Shown one piece after another: positions 55,496-64,000 of a stretch of 64,000 nt of DNA. Source of the stretch: Octopus sinensis (lineage: Eukaryota); assembly GCF_006345805.1 (NCBI RefSeq), contig NC_043003.1, positions 76,818,001 through 76,882,000 of the forward strand. The letters run 5' to 3'. The notes beneath the pieces are model-generated. The model was not told the origin of the DNA. It made no database searches and worked only from the letters and a program-made list of their open reading frames with translations. The position numbers were made by a program, and so were the translations under genes. The first letter of the stretch is position 1; every line of letters starts with the position of its first letter.

Positions 55496-55720
55496 CATTA
55501 TTGCTATTATTATTATTATTGTCCTTCTTTTTTTCTTTTTGTTATATTTTTCTCCTTCTTCTTTTCCTTCTCCTTCTCCTGCTCCTCTCCTCCTTCTCCT
55601 TCTCCTCCTCCTTCCCTCCTTCTCCTCCTCCTCCCCTCCTTCTCCTCTTTCTTTTTCCTCTTCTTCTCATTTTTCTCCTCTCTATCTTCTTTTCCACCAT
55701 TTCTGTTTTTTTTTTTTTTA
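55300..55720. repeat. Pyrimidine-rich (TTC)(TCC)(ATT)(GTT) low-complexity block
   Basis: Direct reading. Confidence 0.95.
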
Positions 55721-56366
55721 CGCCATCTTTTCCTTGTTATTCACAACGTTGTTGTAGTCCTTGTGGTATTTAATGATAGAGAAATATCCTGTGAAATGTC
55801 GCAGGTGCGAATATTCACTTCGTGAAATACCTGAATCACTAATTAGATGATGAGGTTGAGAAAAAGTATTCGTTCGAGAGGTTTCTGCATGTATATGTTG
55901 TTTGTTTTTTAGAGTGTGTGTGAGCGTATGTGTGTGTGTGTATTTGTGTGTGTATGCACGCCCGCGACTGTAAGTGTGCTTATGTTTTATATGCGTATGT
56001 TCCTGTGTGTAAATGCTCTGTATCTGTCTGAAGATATGTGTATGTCTTTCATTTATTTGTTCTATGCGTGCCTGTGCCTGCCTGTGTGTATATTGCGCGA
56101 TAGCATGTGTGTAGAATAAATTTTATTTCTGTTGTCTTTATGACTATGGATGCTATCTCTATGCTTATATAACTAAATGTGCTTTTTGTTGGAAATTTTT
56201 CATCTTCACAAACTCTTTCATTGAGAAGATATTAGAAGTCCTATGGCATCACAAAATTTCTATTCATGGCTAATGCAAGGAAGGATCAGGTTTGTTGAAA
56301 CCATTATATATGTGACAAATACCGCGTGAATACTTCATGAGGTATTGCTTTCGAATAAGTATTAAA

Positions 56367-56792
56367 TTTTGGCACAAGGCCAGCAATTTCGGGGAAAGGT
56401 TAAGTCGATTATATCCAACACTGAACTCAGCAGATATTTAGTTCATCGTCTCCGAAAGGCTGAAAGGCAAAATCGACCACGGTGGAATTTGAACTCAAAA
56501 CATAAAGACGCACGAAATGTCGCTAAGAATTTTGTCTGGTACGCTAGCTATCGTTCCAGCTCGACGCCTTAAGTTGTTAGTTGCAAATTTTGGCACAAGG
56601 CCTGTAAGATCAGGGGTTGGTATTGCGTAAATCTATTAAATCGACTCCAGTACTCAACTGGTATATAATTTATCGACTCCGAAAGAATGAAAGGCAAAGT
56701 CGATCTCGGAATTGAACTCAGAACATGAAGACGGGTGAAACGCCGCTAAGCGTTTTGCTCGACATGTTAACGATTCTGCCAGCTCGCTGCCT
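56367..56792 (-). mobile_element. Two tandem SINE family A copies (56367-56571, 56587-56792)
   Basis: Each runs TTTTGGCACAAGGCC..GAAAGGCAAA..GAACTCA..CCAGCTCG..GCCTT. Confidence 0.88.
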
Positions 56793-57754
56793 TAAGATGT
56801 TAGTAAAAGTATTGAAGTATGTTCAGTCGTTGAGCTTGATTTCCAACTGTAATCTTTCCATTAATTTATTTTACTGCTCTCCTTGTGAAGGATGCGCAGC
56901 CACATGCTCTACATTTTGTATATTATGATCATAAACGTATATAAGACATCGATGTAATTCGTAGCTTAAAATATTCGTGTAATGGCCGAAAGCACCATTT
57001 TATGAAGAGTTTTACGTTGGCATATAGTAATGTATCCGAAACAGTATAATTTTTAGTTTTATTGGAATCTATATGCACCTGCAGCAGTAAAATCGCCACT
57101 AGATCTCTGATCCATCTACGAAGTAAAATATTGTAAGTAATAAATCTAGCAACAACAATATTACAGTTACTTGCTGAAGAAAAGTATGAATGTACAAATT
57201 TTAAATAACACTATCAGGATTATAAACTGTTTCGTACTTTAATAAACCTGATCTGGCACTGACCGATTGCTTTTGTTCTTTTAATATATATATATTTGAA
57301 CATGAATCGTCATTCTCTTCATGAAAATGCGTGTACCTATATTAAATTTTATATCAGTAAGGATTAGGGAATTTCGTGATTAGGGAAGATGTTCAATTGT
57401 TGATAGAAATACGTGGCAAAAGTCTTTATGGACACCATTTTGATGCACTACCTTGTCTATTGCATAGAACTGCATTCCGTTGCTGTTGTACTGTTACCAC
57501 CACTAATGGCACAACTTTCATGTTCTTCTCGTGCGTAGCTTCATGACGGTATAAATTACAGATAGGGCTACTGCAGGGTAACGTGACATGCTAATCATTG
57601 CAAGGGGTTGGATCACATTACATTCTTCTGTCTTAAAAATATACAAGCACATTGGATGCTGTGGATATAAACAGTTTTTCTCGGAGAACGCCGGCCCAGA
57701 CCGAGTAAAATCTGTGAGAGAAGAATTTCTGAAGCAAAACTAATCAAACCATCG

Positions 57755-57928
57755 TTTGTATGTATGTATGTATGTATGTATGTATGTATGTATGTATGTA
57801 TGTATGTATGTATGTATGTATGTATGTATGAATGAATGAATGCATGTATGTATGTAGGTATGTATATATGTATGTATGCATGTATATATATATATAGAGA
57901 GAGAGAGAAATAGGGAGAGAGAGAGAGC

Positions 57929-58014
<86 letters not shown>

Positions 58015-58023
58015 GACAGACAG

Positions 58024-58094
<71 letters not shown>

Positions 58095-58130
58095 ATATAT
58101 ACATACATATACACATACAAGCATATATAT
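57755..58130. repeat. Compound (TATG)(GA)(GATA)(TA) microsatellite
   Basis: Direct reading. Confidence 0.97.
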
Positions 58131-58134
58131 ATAT

Positions 58135-58373
58135 TGACGACCATGATTTTGAGTCTCAGTCTCAACTCATAGTTCGCCACTTCATCCCCGCACCATTATC
58201 CACACTGCCTTTCTGCCAGGCCCGATCTGTAGACCGTGCCTCTGCTCTTTCTCCTCGCATCTACCCCACCCTTGCCCGTCTCCCGTTTCCCTCACTTACC
58301 ACCCCTCTATCCTACCCCTCAAACGCATCATTCTCAGAGACTTCCGGCGACCCCTCCACTTCGTACATCTCCC
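58135..58373 (+). mobile_element. Penelope-like RT C-terminal fragment
   Basis: QARSVDRASALSP../LTYHPSILPLKRIILRDFR matches the PLE motif RA..R.SAL..PLVLTYHP..I.RIILRHFR. Confidence 0.72.
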
Positions 58374-58374
58374 T

Positions 58375-61300
58375 TAAAATTTTATCCAAAAATGGTTTTC
58401 GCACTTTGCGATTTTGGCACCGCTAGCCATCCATACTATGTGATTTTGGCAACACTAACTTTCCATACTTTGTGATTTTGGCGCCGCTGGCCTTCCATAC
58501 ATTTTCCCCAAAGATTTTTCGAGAATTTTCACCGAAAATTTTACCCAAAAATTTTACGAAAATTTTCCCTAAAATATTTTTGAAAATTTTTACTGAAAAC
58601 TTTCCCCAAAATTTTTCAAAAATTTTCACCGACATTTTTCCCAAAAAGTTTTTCGAAAATTTTTGCCGAAGATTTTCGCCAAAGATTTTTCGAAATTTTA
58701 CCCAAAAATTTACGAAACTTTTCCCAAAAAATTTTTCAAAAAGTTTCAGATAATTTTACCAAAAGATTTTTCGAAAATTTTCACCAAAAATTTTCACCAA
58801 AAACTATTCGAAAATTTTCCCAAAATTTTCCCCAAAGGTATTTAGAAAATTTTCACCGAAAATTATCCCAAAAATATTACGAAAATTTTCCCTAAAAAAT
58901 GTTTGAAAATTTTTGCCGAAAATTTTCCCCAAAGATTTTTCGAAAATTTTCACCAAAAATTTTCCGCAAAGACTGATCGAAAATTTTTCCAAAATTTTCC
59001 CCAAAAATTTTTCGGAAATTTTCTCCGAATATTTTACCCAATTTTATGAAAAATCTTCACCAAAAATTTCCCGTAAATTTTCATTTAAAATTTTACACTA
59101 AAATGGCTTGCCGTACTTTGTGATTTTGGCACCGCTAGTCTTCCATACTATGTCATTTTGGCATCGCTGGCTTCCATACTTTGTGATTTTGGCACCGCTG
59201 GCCTTCCATACTTTGTAATTTTGGCGCCGCTGGCCTTCTATACATTGTAATTTTGAAACTACTGGCCTTCCATACTTTGTGATTTTGGCACTGCTGGCCT
59301 TCCATACTTTGTGATTTTGGCACAGCTGGCTTTCCTTACTTTCTGATTTTGGCACCGCTGGCCTTCCATACTTTGTGATTTTGGAATTTTCACCGAAAAT
59401 CTTTCCGAAAATTTTTACCGAAAAATTTCCCCAAACATTTTTCGAAAATGTTCGCCATAAAAATGATATCGACGTTTATAGACTTCAAGCATATGGAATA
59501 TATTCGTTAGATGGTTTTTCGAAAATTTTCACCAAAAATTTTGCCCGAAAATTTTTCGAAAATTTTCACCGAAAATTTTCATCAAAAATTTTTCGAAAAT
59601 ATTGACCGAAAATTATACCCAAAAATAGATTTATGTTATTGCTAAAGATAGATTTTTATGTGGCTGCTTTCTGTGTATATATAGATTGAATTCTGGTTTA
59701 CTACTACAGTCAAGATGCCTCACCATCCACGATACACTAGATTCTGCTTTACACTTAACAACTATGACGATGTCGACGTTTATAGACTTTAGCATATATA
59801 GCATATTCGTTATATGGTTTTCTGAAGATTTTTACCGAAAATTTTAACAAAAACATTTTATCCAAAAATTTTTAAAAATTTTTGACGAAAATTTTCCCCA
59901 AAGATTTTTCGAAATTTTACCCAAAAATTTACGAAAATTTTCCCCAAAGATTTTTCGAAAATTTTCACCAAAAATTTTCCGCAAAGACTGATCGAAAATT
60001 TTTCCAAAATTTTCCCCAAAAATTTTTCGGAAATTTTCTCCGAATATTTTACCCAATTTTATGAAAAATTTTCACCAAAAATTTCCCGTAAATTTTCATT
60101 TAAAATTTTACACTAAAATGGCTTGCCGTACTTTGTGATTTTGGCACCGCTAGTCTTCCATACTATGTCATTTTGGCATCGCTGGCTTTCCATACTTTGT
60201 GATTTTGGCACCGCTGGCCTTCCATACTTTGTAATTTTGGCGCCGCTGGCCTTCTATACATTGTAATTTTGAAACTACTGGCCTTCCATACTTTGTGATT
60301 TTGGCACTGCTGGCCTTCCATACTTTGTGATTTTGGCACAGCTGGCTTTCCTTACTTTCTGATTTTGGCACCGCTGGCCTTCCATACTTTGTGATTTTGG
60401 AATTTTCACCGAAAATCTTTCCGAAAATTTTTACCGAAAAATTTCCCCAAACATTTTTCGAAAATGTTCGCCATAAAAATGATATCGACGTTTATAGACT
60501 TCAAGCATATGGAATATATTCGTTAGATGGTTTTTCGAAAATTTTCACCAAAAATTTTCACCAAAAATTTTGCCCGAAAATTTTCATCAAAAATTTTTCG
60601 AAAATTTTCACCAAAAATTTTGCCCGAAAATTTTTCGAAAATATTGACCGAAAATTATACCCAAAAATAGATTTATGTTATTGCTAAAGATAGATTTTTA
60701 TGTGGCTGCTTTCTGTGTATATATAGATTGAATTCTGGTTTACTACTACAGTCAAGATGCCTCACCATCCACGATACACTAGATTCTGCTTTACACTTAA
60801 CAACTATGACGATGTCGACGTTTATAGACTTTAGCATATATAGCATATTCGTTATATGGTTTTCTGAAGATTTTTACCGAAAATTTTAACAAAAACATTT
60901 TATCCAAAAATTTTTAAAAATTTTTGACGAAAATTTTCCCCAAGATTTTTCGAAATTTTACCCAAAAATTTTACGAAAATTTTCCCCAAAAAATTTTTGA
61001 AAATTTTTGCCGAAAATTTTACCCAAAAATTTTTCAAAAATTTTCAACGAAAATTTTCCCCAAAAAATTTTTCGTAAATTTTTGCCGAAAATTTTCCCCA
61101 AAGGTTTTTCGAAAATTTTAACCAAAAAATTTTACGAAAATTTTCCACAAAAATTTTTCGAAAAGTTTCAGAGAGTTTTCCCGAAAAATTTTTCGAAAAT
61201 TTTCATCAAAAACTGTTCGAAAATTTTTCCAAAATTTTCCCCAAAAAATTTTTCGGAATTTTCTCCGAATATTTTACCCAATTTTATGAAAAATCTTCAC

Positions 61301-64000
61301 CAAAAATTTCCCGTAAATTTTCATTTAAAATTTTACACTAAAATGGCTTGCCGTACTTTGTGATTTTGGCACCGCTAGTCTTCCATACTATGTCATTTTG
61401 GCATCGCTGGCTTCCATACTTTGTGATTTTGGCACCGCTGGCCTTCCATACTTTGTAATTTTGGCGCCGCTGGCCTTCTATACATTGTAATTTTGAAACT
61501 ACTGGCCTTCCATACTTTGTGATTTTGGCACTGCTGGCCTTCCATACTTTGTGATTTTGGCACAGCTGGCTTTCCTTACTTTCTGATTTTGGCACCGCTG
61601 GCCTTCCATACTTTGTGATTTTGGAATTTTCACCGAAAATCTTTCCGAAAATTTTTACCGAAAAATTTCCCCAAACATTTTTCGAAAATGTTCGCCATAA
61701 AAATGATATCGACGTTTATAGACTTCAAGCATATGGAATATATTCGTTAGATGGTTTTTCGAAAATTTTCACCAAAAATTTTGCCCGAAAATTTTCATCA
61801 AAAATTTTTCGAAAATATTGACCGAAAATTATACCCAAAAATAGATTTATGTTATTGCTAAAGATAGATTTTTATGTGGCTGCTTTCTGTGTATATATAG
61901 ATTGAATTCTGGTTTACTACTACAGTCAAGATGCCTCACCATCCACGATACACTAGATTCTGCTTTACACTTAACAACTATGACGATGTCGACGTTTATA
62001 GACTTTAGCATATATAGCATATTCGTTATATGGTTTTCTGAAGATTTTTACCGAAAATTTTAACAAAAACATTTTATCCAAAAATTTTTAAAAATTTTTG
62101 ACGAAAATTTTCCCCAAAGATTTTTCGAAAATTTTACCCAAAAATTTTACGAAAATTTTCCCCAAAAAATTTTTGAAAATTTTTGCCGAAAATTTTACCC
62201 CAAAAATTTTTCAAAAATTTTCAACGAAAATTTTCCCCAAAAATTTTTCGTAAATTTTTGCCGAAAATTTTCCCCAAAGGTTTTTCGAAAATTTTAACCA
62301 AAAAATTTTACGAAAATTTTCCACAAAAATTTTTCGAAAAGTTTCAGAGAGTTTTCCCGAAAAATTTTCGAAAATTTTCATCAAAAACTGTTCGAAAATT
62401 TTTCCAAAATTTTCCCCAAAAATTTTTCGGAAATTTTCTCCGAATATTTTACCCAATAATTTGTCGAAAATTTTCTCAAAAGATTTCCTGTAAATTTTCA
62501 TTCAAAATTTTACCCAAAAATGGCTTTCCGTACTTTACGATTTTAGCACCGCTAGCCTTCCATACTATGTGATTTTGGCATCGCTGGCTTTGCATACTTT
62601 GTGATCTTGGCACCACTGGCCTTCCATACATTGTAATTTTTGCACCGCTTGCCTTCCATACTTTGTGATTTTGGCACCGCTGGTTTTCCTTACTTTGTGA
62701 TTTTAGCACCGCTGGCCTTCCATACTTTGTGATTTTGGCATTTTCGCCGAAAATTTTCACCGAAAATTTTCACCAAAAATTTTTCCTAAAATTTTTCGAA
62801 AATGTTTAACGATAAAACGATATAGACGTTTATAGACTTCAGCATATGTAGTATATTCATTAGATGGCGTTTCGAAAATTTTTACCGAAAATTTTGCCCC
62901 AAAATTTTTCGAAAATTTTCCTCAAATATTTTTTTAAAATGTTCCCCGAAACTTTTACCCAAAAATAGATTTATGTTATTGCTAAAAATAGATTTTTATA
63001 TGGCTGCTTTCTGTGTATATATAGAGTGAATTCTGGTTTACTACTACAGTCAAGATGCCTCACCATCCACAATACACTAGATTCTGCTTTACACTTAACA
63101 ACTATGACAATGTCGACGTTTATAGACTTCAGCATATATAGCAAATTCGTTATATGGTTTTCTGAAGATCTTCACCGAAAATTTTACCAAAAAACTTTAT
63201 CCAAACATTTAAAAAATTTTTGACGAAAATTTTCACCGAAAATTTTACCCAAAAATTTTACGAAAATTTTCCCTAAAAAATTTTTGAAAATTTATACCGA
63301 AAATTTTGCCTAAAATTTTCCCCAAAGATTTGTCGAAAATTTTACCCAAAAATTTTACGAAAATTTTCCCCAAAAATTTTTCGAAAAGTTTCACTGAGTT
63401 TTTACAAAAAAATTTTCGAAAATTTTCATCAAAAATTTTCCCCTAAAACTGTCCGAAAATTTTTCCAGAATTTTCCCCAAAAATTTTTCGGAAATTTTCT
63501 CCAAATATTTTACCCAATAATTTGTCGAAAATTTTCACCAAAAATTTCCCGAAAATTTTCATTGAAAATTTTACCCAAAAATGGCTTTCCCTACTTTGTT
63601 ATTTTGGCATCACTAGCCTTCCATACTATGTGATTTTGGATGATTTTGGCATCGCTGGCTTTCCATACTTTGTGATTTTGGCACCACTGGCCTTCCATAC
63701 TTTGTAATTTTGGCACCGCTGGCCTTTCATACTTTGTAATTTTGGCACCGCTGGACTTCCATACTTTGTAATTTTGGCACTGCTGGCCGTCCATACTTTG
63801 TGATTTTGGCACCGCTGGCCTTCAATAATTTGTGATTTTGGCACAGCTGGCTTTCCTTACTTTGTGATTTTGGCACCGCTGGCCTTCCATACTTTGTGAT
63901 TTTCGCATTTTTAACCAAAAATGTTTCCGAAAATTTTTCGAAAATTTTCAACGAAAAATTTCCCCAAAAATTTTTCGAAAATGTTCACCGAAAAAACGAT
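58375..64000. repeat. Composite higher-order satellite array (continues past window end)
   Basis: 32-bp subarrays begin at 58390, 59101, 60116, 61341, 62518 and 63579; a ~210-bp unique block begins at 59621, 60663, 61837 and 62961; A4T4-rich degenerate tracts lie between them. Confidence 0.97.

Noticed and set aside
59101-59390. 32-bp repeats as a CRISPR array
   Set aside because: The repeats are head to tail with no unique spacers, there are no cas genes, and the context is eukaryotic.
58423-63951. Repetitive ORFs (KIFPKNF.., PKSQSMEGQRCQNHKVWKAS..)
   Set aside because: Satellite translations; the 32-bp unit cycles through all frames, and open frames reflect stop-poor composition.
58375-64000. 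Telomere repeat array
   Set aside because: No (TTAGGG)n or similar G-rich short repeat is present.

Overview
Eukaryotic, repeat-saturated 64 kb with no recognisable host exon, rRNA, tRNA gene or CRISPR array. The very high microsatellite load and the SINE families look like an octopus (coleoid cephalopod) genome; this is recognition from memory, not a database result. Positions 1-58370 hold decayed transposons: three tRNA-derived SINE families, RTE LINEs, three kinds of restriction-like-endonuclease (RLE) non-LTR elements (CRE-, R4/Dong- and HERO-like), Penelope-like elements (PLEs), mariner D34D, maT D37D, Tc1, Helitrons and fold-back MITEs. Positions 58375-64000 are a hierarchical satellite with ~0.7-1.2 kb higher-order units that runs off the window end. 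Main observations: (1) a near-canonical minimal type-I hammerhead ribozyme at 16327-16395 (-), plus a G8A relic downstream of a PLE GIY-YIG remnant at 33030-33120; (2) an RTE LINE nested in a mariner with a 10-bp TSD, an A-tail and a twin-priming-type 5' inversion; (3) a 354-bp near-perfect palindrome centred on (TA)n; (4) the composite satellite with ~12-bp periodic A4T4 tracts. All coordinates and translations were read by hand; boundaries of decayed elements are approximate.
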